From Eledone cirrhosa (Eukaryota), in assembly GCA_964016885.1 (NCBI GenBank), contig OZ024743.1, positions 134,912,001-134,976,000 of the forward strand: DNA of 64,000 nt. Direction: 5' to 3'. Both the position numbers and the translations under genes were made by a program. Numbering within the stretch: position 1 is the first letter of the stretch; the number at the start of each line of letters is the position of its first letter. Below the pieces are notes generated by a model. It was not told the origin of the DNA. It did no database searches and saw only the letters and a program-made list of their open reading frames with translations. Of the stretch, positions 46,001 to 61,550 are shown piece after piece.

Positions 46001-49000
46001 AAACACCAAGCACCAAGGACCAAACACCAAACACCATGCACCAAGCACCAAACACCTAACACCAAGCACCAAGCACCAAACACCAAACACCAAGCACCAA
46101 GCACCAAACACCAAGCACCAGGCACCAAGCACCAAACACCAAGCACCAAGCACCAAACACCAAGCACCAAGCACAAAACACCAAGCACCAAGCACCAAAC
46201 ACCTAACACCAAGCACCAAGCACCAAGCACCAAGTACCAAACACCAAACACCAAGCACCAAGCACCAAACACCAAGCACCAAACACCAAGAACCAAGCAC
46301 CAAACACCAAGCACCAAACACCAAGCACCAAACACCAAGCACCAAGCACCAAGCACCAAACACCAAGCACTAAGCACCAAGCACCAAGTACAAACACCAA
46401 GCACCAAACACCAAGCACCAAGCATGAAGCATCAAACACCAAGCATCAAATACCAAACACCAAACACCAAGCACCAAACACCAAACACCAAGCACCAAGC
46501 ACCAAGCATCAAACACCAAACACCAAACACCAAGCACCAAGCACCCAGCACGAAGCACCAAACACGAAGCACGCAGCACCAAACACCAAGCACCAAGCAC
46601 CAAACACCAAGCACCAAGCACCAAACACCAAACACCAAACACCAAGCACCAAGCACCAAGCACCAAACACCAAACACCAAGCACCAGACACCAAGCAGCA
46701 TGCACCAAACAACAAACACCAAACACCAGGCACCAAGCACCAATCACCAAACAACAAGCACCAAGCACCAAGATCCAAACACCAAACACCAAGCACCAAG
46801 CAGCAAACAACAAACACCAAGCATCAAACACCAAGCACCAAAGACCAAAGACCAAAGACCAAACAGCAAACACCAAACACCAAAAACCAAACACCAAGCA
46901 CCAAGCACCAATCACAAAACAACAAGCACCAGTCACCAAGCACCAAACACCAAACACCAAGCACCAAACACCAAGCACCAAAGACCAAACACCAAACAGC
47001 AAACACCAAATACAAAACAGCAAACACCAAACACGAAACAGCAAACACCATACAGCAAACACCAAACACCAAACACGAAACAGCAAACAGCAAACACCAA
47101 ACACCAAGCACCAAACACCAAGTACCAACCACCAAACACCAAGCACCAAGCACCAAACACCAAACCCCAAGCACCAAGCACCAAACACTAATCACCAAGC
47201 ACCAAGCACCAAACACCAAACACCAAGCACCAAAGACCAAGCACCAAGCACCAAACACCAAGCACCAAGCACCAAGCACCAAACACCAAGCACCAAGCAC
47301 CAAACACCAACCACCCAGCACCAAGCACCAAGCACCAAACACCAAGCACCAAGCACCAAACACCAAGCACCAAGCACCAAACACCAAACACCAAACACCA
47401 AGCACCAAGCACCAAACACCAAGCACCAAGCACCAAACACCAAGCACCAAACACCAAACACCAAGCACCAAGCACCAAACACCAAGCACCAAACACCAAA
47501 CACCAAGAACCAAGTACCAAACACCAAGCACCAAGCACCAAGCACCAAGTACAAACACCAAGCACCAAGCACCAAGCACCAAACACCTAACACCAAGTAC
47601 CAAGCACCAAACACCAAACACCAAGCACCAAGCACCAAACACCAAGCACCAGGCACCAAGCACCAAACACCAAGCACCAAGCACCAAACACCAAGCACGA
47701 AGCACAAAACACCAAGCACCAAGCACCAAACACCTAACACCAAGCACCAAGCACCAAGCACCAAGTACCAAACACCAAACACCAAGCACCAAGCACCAAA
47801 CACCAAGCACCAAACACCAAGAACCAAGCACCAAACACCAAGCACCAAACACCAAGCACCAAACACCAAGCACCAAGCACCAAGCACCAAACACCAAGCA
47901 CTAAGCACCAAGCACCAAGTACAAACACCAAGCACCAAACACCAAGCACCAAGCATCAAGCATCAAACACCAAGCATCAAATACCAAACACCAAGCACCA
48001 AGCACCAAACACCAAACACCAAGCACCAAGCACCAAGCATCAAACACCAAACACCAAACACCAAGCACCAAGCACCCAGCACGAAGCACCAAACACGAAG
48101 CACGCAGCACCAAACACCAAGCACCAAGCACCAAACACCAAGCACCAAGCACCAAACACCAAACACCAAACACCAAGCACCAAGCACCAAGCACCAAACA
48201 CCAAACACCAAGCACCAGACACCAAGCAGCATGCACCAAATAACAAACACCAAACACCAAGTACCAAGCACCAATCACCAAACAACAAGCACCAAGCACC
48301 AAGATCCAAACACCAAACACCAAGCACCAAGCACCAAAGACCAAACACCAAACAGCAAACACCAAATACAAAACAGCAAACACCAAACACGAAACAGCAA
48401 ACACCATACACCAAACACGAAACAGCAAACAGCAAACACCAAACACCAAGCACCAAACACCAAGTACCAAGCACCAAACACCAAGCACCAAGCACCAAAC
48501 ACCAAACCCCAAGCACCAAGCACCAAACACAAATCACCAAGCACCAAGCACCAAACACCAAACACCAAGCACCAAAGACCAAGCACCAAGCACCAAACAC
48601 CAAGCACCAAGCACCAAGCACCAAACACCAAGCACCAAGCACCAAACACCAACCACCCAGCACCAAGCACCAAGCACCAAACACCAAGCACCATGCACCA
48701 AACACCAAGCACCAAACACCAAGCACCAAGCACCTAGCACCAAAAACCAAACCCAAGCACCAAACACCAAGCACCAAACACCAAGCACCATGCACCAAAC
48801 ACCAAGCATGCAGCACCAAACACCAAGCACCAAGCACCAAACACCAAGCACCACGCACCAAACACCAAACACCAAACACCAAACACCAAGCACCAAACAC
48901 CAAACCCCAAGCACCAAGCACCAAACACTAATCACAATGCACCAAGCACCAAGCACTAAACACCAAGCACCAAGCACCAAGCACTAAACACCAAACACCA

Positions 49001-52000
49001 AGGACCGAACACCAAGCACCAAGAACCAAATACCAAGCACCAAGCACCAAACACCAAGCACCAAGCACCAAGCATCGAACACCAAGCATCAAACACCAAG
49101 CACCAATCACCAAGCACCAAACACCAAGCACCAACCACCAAACACCAAGCACCAAACACCAAACACCAAGCACCAAGAACCAAGCACCAAATACCAAACA
49201 CCAAGCACCTTGCACCAAACACCAAACACCAAACACCAAGCACCAAACACCAAACACCAAACACCAAACACCAAGCACCAAGTACCAAACAACAAGCACC
49301 AGGCACCAAGCACCAAACATCAAACACCAAGCACCAAGCACCAAACACCAAGCACGAAGCACCAAACACCAAGCACCAATCACCAAGCACCAAACAGCAA
49401 ACAGCAAACAGCAAACAGCAAACAGCAAACACCAAGCACCAAACACCAAGTACCAACCACCAAACACCAAGCACCAAACACCAAACACCAAGCACCAAAC
49501 ACTAATCACCAAGCACCAAGCACCAAACACCAAGCACCAAGCACCAAGCACCAAACAACAAGCACCAAAGACCAAGCACCAAGCACCAAGCACCAAACAC
49601 CAAGCACCAAGCACCAAGCACCAAACACCAAGCACCAAACACCAACCACCCAGCACCGAGCACCAAGCACCAAACACCAAGCACCAAGCACCAAACACCA
49701 AACACCAAACACCAAGCACCAAACACCAAGCACCAAGCACCAAACACCAAGCAGCAAACACCAAACACCAAGCACCAAGCACCAAACACCAAGCACCAAA
49801 CACCAAACACCAAGAACCAAGTACCAAGCACCAAGTACAAACACCAAGCACCAAGCACCAAACACCAAGCACCAAGCACCAAGCATCAAACACCAAGCAT
49901 CAAACACCAAACACCAAACACCAAGAACCAAACACCAAGCATAAAGCACCAAACACCAAGCAGCAAGCAGAAAGCACCAAACAACAAACACCAAGCACCA
50001 AGCACCAAACACCAAGCACCAAGGACCAAACACCAAACACCATGCACCAAGCACCAAACACCTAACACCAAGCACCAAGCACCAAACACCAAACACCAAG
50101 CACCAAGCACCAAACACCAAGCACCAGGCACCAAGCACCAAACACCAAGCACCAAGCACCAAACACCAAGCACCAAGCACAAAACACCAAGCACCAAGCA
50201 CCAAACACCTAACACCAAGCACCAAGCACTAAGCACCAAGCACCAAACACCAAACACCAAGCACCAAGCACCAAACACCAAGCACCAAACACCAAGAACC
50301 AAGCACCAAACACCAAGCACCAAACACCAAGCACCAAACACCAGGCACCAAGCACCAAGCACCAAACACCAAGCACTAAGCACCAAGCACCAAGTACAAA
50401 CACCAAGCACCAAACACCAAGCACCAAGCATCAAGCATCAAACACCAAGCATCAAATACCAAACACCAAGCACCAAGCACCAAACACCAAACACCAAGCA
50501 CCAAGCACCAAGCATCAAACACCAAACACCAAACACCAAGCACCAAGCACCCAGCACGAAGCACCAAACACGAAGCACGCAGCACCAAACACCAAGCACC
50601 AAGCACCAAACACCAAGCACCAAGCACCAAGCACCAAACACCAAGCACCCTGCACCAAGCACCAAACACCAAGCACTAAGCACCATACACAACACACCAA
50701 GCACCAAACACCAAACACCAAGCACCAAGCACCAAACACAAAACACCAAGCACCAAGCACCAAACACTAAACACCAAGCACCAAACACCAGACACCAAAC
50801 ACCAAGCACCAAACACCAAACACCAAGCACCATGCACCAAGCACCAAACACCAAACAGCAAACAGCAAACTCACAACAGCAAACAGCAAACACCAAACAC
50901 GAAACATCAAACACCATACAGCAAACACCAAACACCAAAAAGCAGACACCAAACAGCAAACAGCAAACAGCAAACAGCAAACACCAAGCACCAAGCACCA
51001 AACACCAAACACCTAGCACCAAGCAGCAAACACCAAACACCAAGCACCAAACACCAAGCAAAAAACACCAAACACCAAACACCAAGCACCAAGCACCAAA
51101 CATCAAGCACCAGGCACCAAGCACCAAACACCAAACACCAAGTACCAAGCACCAAACACCAAGCACCAAGCACCAAACACCAAACAGGAAACAGCAAACA
51201 GCAAACAGCAAACACCAAACACCAAACAGCAAACACCAAACAGCAAACACCAAACAGCAAACACCAAACACCAAACACCAAACACCAAGCACCAAGCACC
51301 AAGCACCAAACACCAAACACCAAGCACCAAACACCAAGCACCAAGCCCCAAGCGACAAACACCAAGCACCAAGCACCATGCACCAAACACCAAGCACCAA
51401 GCACCAAACACCAAGCACCAAACACCAAACACCAAGCACCAAACACCAAGCACCAAGCACCAAGCACCAAGCACCAAACCCGAAGCACCAAGCTCCAAGC
51501 ACCAAACACCAAGCTCCAAACACCAAACACCAAGCACCATGCACCAAGCACCAAACACCAAACACCAAGCACCAAGCACCAAACACCAAACACCAAGCAC
51601 TAAACACCAAACACCAAACACCAAACACCAAGCTCCAAGCACCAAAGAACAAGTACCAGGCACCAAACACCAAACACCAAGCACCAAACGCCAAGCACCA
51701 AACACCAAGCACCAAGCACCAAGCACCAAACACCAAACGGCAAACACCAAACACCAAACAGCAAACAGCAAACACCAAGCACCAATCACCAAACAACAAG
51801 CACCAGGCACCAAGCACTAAACACCAAACACCAAGCACCAAGCACCAAACTCCAAACACCAAGCACCAAGCACCAAGCACCAAAGACCAAACACCAAACA
51901 GCAAACACCAAACACGAAACAGCAAACACCATACAGCAAACACCAAACACCAAACACGAAACAGCAAACAGCAAACACCAAACACAAAGCACCAAACACC

Positions 52001-55000
52001 AAGTACCAAGCACCAAACACCAAGCACCAAGCACCAAACACCAAACCCCAAGCACCAAGCACCAAACACTAATCACCAAGCACCAAGCACCAAACACCAA
52101 ACACCAAGCACCGAAGACCAAGCACCAAGCACCAAACACCAAGCACCAAGCACCAAACACCAAGCACCAAGCACCAAACACCAACCACCCAGCACCAAGC
52201 ACCAAGCACCAAACACCAAGCACCAAGCACCAAATACCAAACACCAAACACCAAGCACCAAGCACCAAACACCAAGCACCAAGCACCAAACACCAAGCCC
52301 CAAGCACCAAGCACCTTACACCAAACACCAAGCACCAAACACCAAGCACCAAGCACCTAGCACCAAAAACCAAACCCAAGCACCAAACACCAAGCACCAA
52401 ACACCAAACACCAAGCACCAAGCACCAAACACCAAGCATGCAGCACCAAACACCAAGCACCAAGCACCAAGCACCAAACACCAAGCACCACGCACCAAAC
52501 ACCAAACACCAAACACCAAACACCAAGCACCAAACACCAAACCCCAAGCACCAAGCACCAAACACTAATCACAATGCACCAAGCACCAAGCACTAAACAC
52601 CAAACACCAAGGACCAAGCACCAAGCACCAAGAACCAAATACCAAGCACCAAGCACCAAACACCAAGCACCAAGCACCAAGCATCGAACACCAAGCATCA
52701 AACACCAAGCACCAATCACCAAGCACCAAACACCAAGCACCAACCACCAAACACCAAGCACCAAACACCAAACACCAAGCACCAAGAACCAAGCACCAAA
52801 TACCAAACACCAAGCACCTCGCACCAAACACCAAACACCAAACACCAAGCACCAAACACCAAACACCAAACACCAAACACCAAGCACCAAGTACCAAACA
52901 ACAAGCACCAGGCACCAAGCACCAAACATCAAACACCAAGCACCAAGCACCAAACACCAAGCACCAAGCACCAAACACCAAGCACCAATCACCAAGCACC
53001 AAACACCAAACAGCAAACAGCAAACAGCAAACAGCAAACAGCAAACAGCAAAAACCAAGCACCAATCACCAAACAACAAGCACCAGGCACCAAGGACCAA
53101 GCACCAAGCACCAAACACCAAACACCAAGCACGAAGCACCAAACACCAAGCACCAGAGACCAAACACCAAACATCAAACACCAAACACCAAAAAGCAGAC
53201 ACCAAACAGCAAACATCAAACACCAAACACCAAACACCAAACAGCAAACAGCAAACACCAAAAACCAAGCACCAAACACCAAGTACCAAGCACCAAACAC
53301 CAAGCACCAAGCACCAAACACCAAGCACCAAGCACCAAACACTAATCACCAAGCACCAAGCACCAAACACCAAGCACCAAGCACCAAGCACCAAACACCA
53401 AGCACCAAACACCAAGCACCAAGCACCAAACACCAAGCACCAAGCACCAAACACCAAGCACCAAACACCAAACACCAAGCACCAAGCACCAAACACCAAG
53501 CACCAAACACCAAACACCAAGAATCAAGTACCAAACACCAAGCACCAAGCACCAAGCACCAAGTACAAACACCAAGCACCAAGCACCAAACACCAAGCAC
53601 CAAGCACCAAGCATCAAACACCAAGCATCAAACACCAAACACCAAACACCAAGAACCAAACACCAAGCATAAAGCACCAAACACCAAGCAGCAAGCAGAA
53701 AGCACCAAACAACAAACACCAAGCACCACGCACCAAACACCAAGCACCAAGGACCAAACACCAAACACCATGCACCAAGCACCAAACACCTAACACCAAG
53801 CACCAAGCACCAAACACCAAACACCAAGCACCAAGCACCAAACACCAAGCACCAGGCACCAAGCACCAAACACCAAGCACCAAGCACCAAACACCAAGCA
53901 CCAAGCACAAAACACCAAGCACCAAGCACCAAACACCTAACACCAAGCACCAAGCACCAAGCACCAAGTACCAAACACCAAACACCAAGCACCAAGCACC
54001 AAACACCAAGCACCAAACACCAAGAACCAAGCACCAAACACCAAGCACCAAACACCAAGCACCAAACACCAAGCACCAAGCACCAAGCACCAAACACCAA
54101 GCACTAAGCACCAAGCACCAAGTACAAACACCAAGCACCAAACACCAAGCACCAAGCATGAAGCATCAAACACCAAGCATCAAATACCAAACACCAAACA
54201 CCAAGCACCAAACACCAAACACCAAGCACCAAGCACCAAGCATCAAACACCAAACACCAAACACCAAGCACCAAGCACCCAGCACGAAGCACCAAACACG
54301 AAGCACGCAGCACCAAACACCAAGCACCAAGCACCAAACACCAAGCACCAAGCACCAAACACCAAACACCAAACACCAAGCACCAAGCACCAAGCACCAA
54401 ACACCAAACACCAAGCACCAGACACCAAGCAGCATGCACCAAACAACAAACACCAAACACCAGGCACCAAGCACCAATCACCAAACAACAAGCACCAAGC
54501 ACCAAGATCCAAACACCAAACACCAAGCACCAAGCAGCAAACAACAAACACCAAGCATCAAACACCAAGCACCAAAGACCAAAGACCAAAGACCAAACAG
54601 CAAACACCAAACACCAAAAACCAAACACCAAGCACCAAGCACCAATCACAAAACAACAAGCACCAGTCACCAAGCACCAAACACCAAACACCAAGCACCA
54701 AACACCAAGCACCAAAGACCAAACACCAAACAGCAAACACCAAATACAAAACAGCAAACACCAAACACGAAACAGCAAACACCATACAGCAAACACCAAA
54801 CACCAAACACGAAACAGCAAACAGCAAACACCAAACACCAAGCACCAAACACCAAGTACCAACCACCAAACACCAAGCACCAAGCACCAAACACCAAACC
54901 CCAAGCACCAAGCACCAAACACTAATCACCAAGCACCAAGCACCAAACACCAAACACCAAGCACCAAAGACCAAGCACCAAGCACCAAACACCAAGCACC

Positions 55001-55100
55001 AAGCACCAAGCACCAAACACCAAGCACCAAGCACCAAACACCAACCACCCAGCACCAAGCACCAAGCACCAAACACCAAGCACCAAGCACCAAACACCAA
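36100..55100. repeat. HOR block E: ~7.75-kb unit, about 2.2 copies, the first carrying a nested 1881-bp duplication
   Basis: 36728/46370 and 38259/47901 differ by 9642; 40251/49886 by 9635; 44335/52069, 44840/52574 and 46824/54558 by 7734. 9642 - 1881 = 7761. Confidence 0.88.
40565..44330. repeat. 1881-bp tandem duplication, apparently identical copies
   Basis: 40574/42455, 41196/43077 and 41749/43630 differ by 1881 with identical translations. Both copies share the A9 tract (41099/42980). Confidence 0.93.
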
Positions 55101-58100
55101 GCCCCAAGCACCAAGCACCTTACACCAAACACCAAGCACCAAACACCAAGCACCAAGCACCTAGCACCAAAAACCAAACCCAAGCACCAAACACCAAGCA
55201 CCAAACACCAAGCACCATGCACCAAACACCAAGCATGCAGCACCAAACACCAAGCACCAAGCACCAAGCACCAAACACCAAGCACCACGCACCAAACACC
55301 AAACACCAAACACCAAACACCAAGCACCAAACACCAAACCCCAAGCACCAAGCACCAAACACTAATCACAATGCACCAAGCACCAAGCACTAAACACCAA
55401 GCACCAAGCACCAAGCACTAAACACCAAACACCAAGGACCAAGCACCAAGCACCAAGAACCAAATACCAAGCACCAAGCACCAAACACCAAGCACCAAGC
55501 ACCTAGCATCGAACACCAAGCATCAAACACCAAGCACCAATCACCAAGCACCAAACACCAAGCACCAACCACCAAACACCAAGCACCAAACACCAAACAC
55601 CAAGCACCAAGAACCAAGCACCAAATACCAAACACCAAGCACCACGCACCAAACACCAAACACCAAACACCAAGCACCAAACACCAAACACCAAACACCA
55701 AACAGCAAGCACCAAGTACCAAACAACAAGCACCAGGCACCAAGCACCAAACATCAAACACCCTGCACCAAGCACCAAACACCAAGCACCAAGCACCAAG
55801 CACCAAACACCAAGCACCAATCACCAAGCACCAAACAGCAAACAGCAAACAGCAAACAGCAAACAGCAAACACCAAACACCAAGCACCAAACACCAAGTA
55901 CCAAGCACCAAACACCAAGCACCAAACACCAAACACCAAGCACCAAACACTAATCACCAAGCACCAAGCACCAAACACCAAGCACCAAGCACCAAGCACC
56001 AAACACCAAGCACCAAAGACAAAGCACCAAGCACCAAGCACCAAACACCAAGCACCAAGCACCAAGCACCAAACACCAAGCACCAAACACCAACCACCCA
56101 GCACCAAGCACCAAGCACCAAACACCAAGCACCAAGCACCAAACACCAAACACCAAACACCAAGCACCAAACACCAAGCACCAAGCACCAAACACCAAGC
56201 AGCAAACACCAAACACCAAGCACCAAGCACCAAACACCAAGCACCAAACACCAAACACCAAGAACCAAGTACCAAACACCAAGCACCAAGCACCAAGCAC
56301 CAAGTACAAACACCAAGCACCAAGCACCAAACACCAAGCACCAAGCACCAATCATCAAACACCAAGCATCAAACACCAAACACCAAACACCAAGAACCAA
56401 ACACCAAGCATAAAGCACCAAACACCAAGCAGCAAGCAGAAAGCACCAAACAACAAACACCAAGCACCAAGCACCAAACACCAAGCACCAAGGACCAAAC
56501 ACCAAACACCATGCACCAAGCACCAAACACCTAACACCAAGCACCAAGCACCAAACACCAAGCACCAGGCACCAAGCACCAAACACCAAGCACCAAGCAC
56601 CAAACACCAAGCACCAAGCACAAAACACCAAGCACCAAGCACCAAACACCTAACACCAAGCACCAAGCACCAAGCACCAAGCACCAAGCACCAAACACCA
56701 AACACCAAGCACCAAGCACAAAACACCAAGCACCAAACACCAAGAACCAAGCACCAAACACCAAGCACCAAACACCAAGCACCAAACACCAGGCACCAAG
56801 CACCAAGCACCAAACACCAAGCACTAAGCACCAAGCACCAAGTACAAACACCAAGCACCAAACACCAAGCACCAAGCATCAAGCATCAAACACCAAGCAT
56901 CAAATACCAAACACCAAGCACCAAGCACCAAACACCAAACACCAAGCACCGAGCACCAAGCATCAAACACCAAACACCAAACACCAAGCACCAAGCACCC
57001 AGCACGAAGCACCAAACACGAAGCACGCAGCACCAAACACCAAGCACCAAGCACCAAACACCAAGCACCAAGCACCAAACACCAAACACCAAACACCAAG
57101 CACCAAGCACCAAGCACCAAACACCAAACACCAAGCACCAGACACCAAGCACCAAGCACCAAACACCAAACACCAAACACCAAGCACCAAGCACCAATCA
57201 ACAAACAACAAGCACCAAGCACCAAGATCCAAACACCAAACACCAAACACCAAGCAGCAAACACCAAACACCAAGCATCAAACACCAAGCACCAAAGACC
57301 AAAGACCAAAGACCAAACAGCAAATACCAAACACCAAAAACCAAACACCAAGCACCAAGCACCAATCACAAAACAACAAGCACCAGGCACCAAGCACCAA
57401 ACACCAAACACCAAGCACCAAACACCAAGCACCAAAGACCAAACATCAAACAGCAAACACCAAATACAAAACAGCAAACACCAAACACGAAACAGCAAAC
57501 ACCAAACGCCAAACACCAAGCACCAACCACCAATCACCAAACAACAAGCACCAAGCACCAAGCACTAAACACCAAACACCAAGCACCAAGCACCAAACAC
57601 CAAACACCAAGCACCAAACACCAAGCACCAAGCACCAAACACCAAACACCAAGCACCAAGCACCAAACACCAAGCACCAAACACCAAACACCAAGAACCA
57701 AGTACCAAACACCAAGCACCAAGCACCAAGCACCAAGTACAAACACCAAGCACCAAGCACCAAACACCAAGCACCAAGCACCAAGCATCAAACACCAAGC
57801 ATCAAACACCAAACACCAAACACCAAGAACCAAACACCAAGCATAAAGCACCAAACACCAAGCAGCAAGCAGAAAGCACCAAACAACAAACACCAAGCAC
57901 CAAGCACCAAACACCAAGCACCAAGGACCAAACACCAAACACCATGCACCAAGCACCAAACACCTAACACCAAGCACCAAGCACCAAACACCAAACACCA
58001 AGCACCAAGCACCAAACACCAAGCACCAGGCACCAAGCACCAAACACCAAGCACCAAGCACCAAACACCAAGCACCAAGCACAAAACACCAAGCACCAAG

Positions 58101-61100
58101 CACCAAACACCTAACACCAAGCACCAAGCACCAAGCACCAAGTACCAAACACCAAACACCAAGCACCAAGCACCAAACACCAAGCACCAAACACCAAGAA
58201 CCAAGCACCAAACACCAAGCACCAAACACCAAGCACCAAACACCAAGCACCAAGCACCAAGCACCAAACACCAAGCACTAAGCACCAAGCACCAAGTACA
58301 AACACCAAGCACCAAACACCAAGCACCAAGCATGAAGCATCAAACACCAAGCATCAAATACCAAACACCAAGCACCAAGCACCAAGCACCAAGCATCAAA
58401 CACCAAACACCAAACACCAAGCACCAAGCACCCAGCACGAAGCACCAAACACGAAGCACGCAGCACCAAACACCAAGCACCAAGCACCAAACACCAAGCA
58501 CCAAGCACCAAACACCAAACACCAAACACCAAGCACCAAGCACCAAGCACCAAACACCAAACACCAAGCACCAGACACCAAGCAGCATGCACCAAACAAC
58601 AAACACCAAACACCAAGCACCAAGCACCAATCACCAAACAACAAGCACCAAGCACCAAGATCCAAACACCAAACACCAAGCACCAAGCAGCAAACAACAA
58701 ACACCAAGCATCAAACACCAAGCACCAAAGACCAAAGACCAAAGACCAAACAGCAAACACCAAACACCAAAAACCAAACACCAAGCACCAAGCACCAATC
58801 ACAAAACAACAAGCACCAGTCACCAAGCACCAAACACCAAACACGAAACAGCAAACAGCAAACACCAAACACCAAGCACCAAACACCAAGTACCAACCAC
58901 CAAACACCAAGCACCAAGCACCAAACACCAAACCCCAAGCACCAAGCACCAAACACTAATCACCAAGCACCAAGCACCAAACACCAAACACCAAGCACCA
59001 AAGACCAAGCACCAAGCACCAAACACCAAGCACCAAGCACCAAGCACCAAACACCAAGCACCAAGCGCCAAACACCAACCACCCAGCACCAAGCACCAAG
59101 CACCAAACACCAAGCACCAAGCACCAAACACCAAGCCCCAAGCACCTAGCACCAAAAACCAAACCCAATCACCAAACACCAAGCACCAAACACCAAGCAC
59201 CATGCACCAAACACCAAGCATGCAGCACCAAACACCAAGCACCAAGCACCAAGCACCAAACACCAAGCACCACGCACCAAACACCAAACACCAAACACCA
59301 AACACCAAGCACCAAACACCAAACCCCAAGCACCAAGCACCAAACACTAATCACAATGCACCAAGCACCAAGCACTAAACACCAAGCACCAAGCACCAAG
59401 CACTAAACACCAAACACCAAGGACCAAGCACCAAGCACCAAGAACCAAATACCAAGCACCAAGCACCAAACACCAAGCACCAAGCACCAAGCATCGAACA
59501 CCAAGCATCAAACACCAAGCACCAATCACCAAGCACCAAACACCAAGCACCAACCACCAAACACCAAGCACCAAACACCAAACACCAAGCACCAAGAACC
59601 AAGCACCAAATACCAAACACCAAGCACCACGCACCAAACACCAAACACCAAACACCAAGCACCAAACACCAAACACCAAACACCAAACAGCAAGCACCAA
59701 GTACCAAACAACAAGCACCAGGCACCAAGCACCAAACATCAAACACCAAGCACCAAGCACCAAACACCAAGCACCAAGCACCAAACACCAAGCACCAATC
59801 ACCAAGCACCAAACAGCAAACAGCAAACAGCAAACAGCAAACAGCAAACACCAAACACCAAGCACCAAACACCAAGTACCAAGCACCAAACACCAAGCAC
59901 CAAACACCAAACACCAAGCACCAAACACTAATCACCAAGCACCAAGCACCAAACACCAAGCACCAAGCACCAAGCACCAAACACCAAGCACCAAAGACAA
60001 AGCACCAAGCACCAAGCACCAAACACCAAGCACCAAGCACCAAGCACCAAACACCAAGCACCAAACACCAACCACCCAGCACCAAGCACCAAGCACCAAA
60101 CACCAAGCACCAAGCACCAAACACCAAACACCAAACACCAAGCACCAAACACCAAGCACCAAGCACCAAACACCAAGCAGCAAACACCAAACACCAAGCA
60201 CCAAGCACCAAACACCAAGCACCAAACACCAAACACCAAGAACCAAGTACCAAACACCAAGCACCAAGCACCAAGCACCAAGTATAAACACCAAGCACCA
60301 AGCACCAAACACCAAGCACCAAGCACCAAGCATCAAACACCAAGCATCAAACACCAAACACCAAACACCAAGAACCAAACACCAAGCATAAAGCACCAAA
60401 CACCAAGCAGCAAGCAGAAAGCACCAAACAACAAACACCAAGCACCAAGCATCAAACACCAAGCACCAAGGACCAAACACCAAACACCATGCACCAAGCA
60501 CCAAACACCTAACACCAAGCACCAAGCACCAAACACCAAGCACCAGGCACCAAGCACCAAACACCAAGCACCAAGCACCAAACACCAAGCACCAAGCACA
60601 AAACACCAAGCACCAAGCACCAAACACCTAACACCAAGCACCAAGCACCTAGCACCAAGCACCAAGCACCAAACACCAAACACCAAGCACCAAGCACAAA
60701 ACACCAAGCACCAAACACCAGGAACCAAGCACCAAACACCAAGCACCAAACACCAAGCACCAAACACCAGGCACCAAGCACCAAGCACCAAACACCAAGC
60801 ACTAAGCACCAAGCACCAAGTACAAACACCAAGCACCAAACACCAAGCACCAAGCATCAAGCATCAAACACCAAGCATCAAATACCAAACACCATGCACC
60901 AAGCACCAAACACCAAACACCAAGCACCAAGCACCTAGCATCAAACACCAAACACCAAACACCAAGCACCAAGCACCCGGCACGAAGCACCAAACACGAA
61001 GCACGCAGCACCAAACACCAAGCACCAAGCACCAAACACCAAGCACCAAGCACCAAACACCAAACACCAAACACCAAGCACCAAGCACCAAGCACCAAAC

Positions 61101-61550
61101 ACCAAACACCAAGCACCAGACACCAAGCACCAAGCACCAAACACCAAACACCAAACACCAAGCACCAAGCACCAATCACCAAACAACAAGCACCAAGCAC
61201 CAAGATCCAAACACCAAACACCAAGCACCAAGCAGCAAACACCAAACACCAAGCATCAAATACCAAGCACCAAAGACCAAAGACCAAAGACCAAACAGCA
61301 AACACCAAACACCAAAAACCAAACACCAAGCACCAAGCACCAATCACAAAACAACAAGCACCAGGCACCAAGCACCAAACACCAAACACCAAGCACCAAA
61401 CACCAAGCACCAAAGACCAAACATCAAACAGCAAACACCAAATACAAAACAGCAAACACCAAACACGAAACAGCAAACACCAAACGCCAAACACCAAGCA
61501 CCAAGCACCAATCACCAAACAACAAGCACCAAGCACCAAGCACTTAACAC
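53450..61550. repeat. HOR block F: ~4.0-4.2-kb unit, two copies
   Basis: 53614/57788 differ by 4174, 55541/59526 by 3985, and 55950/59928 and 56886/60864 by 3978. Confidence 0.85.
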
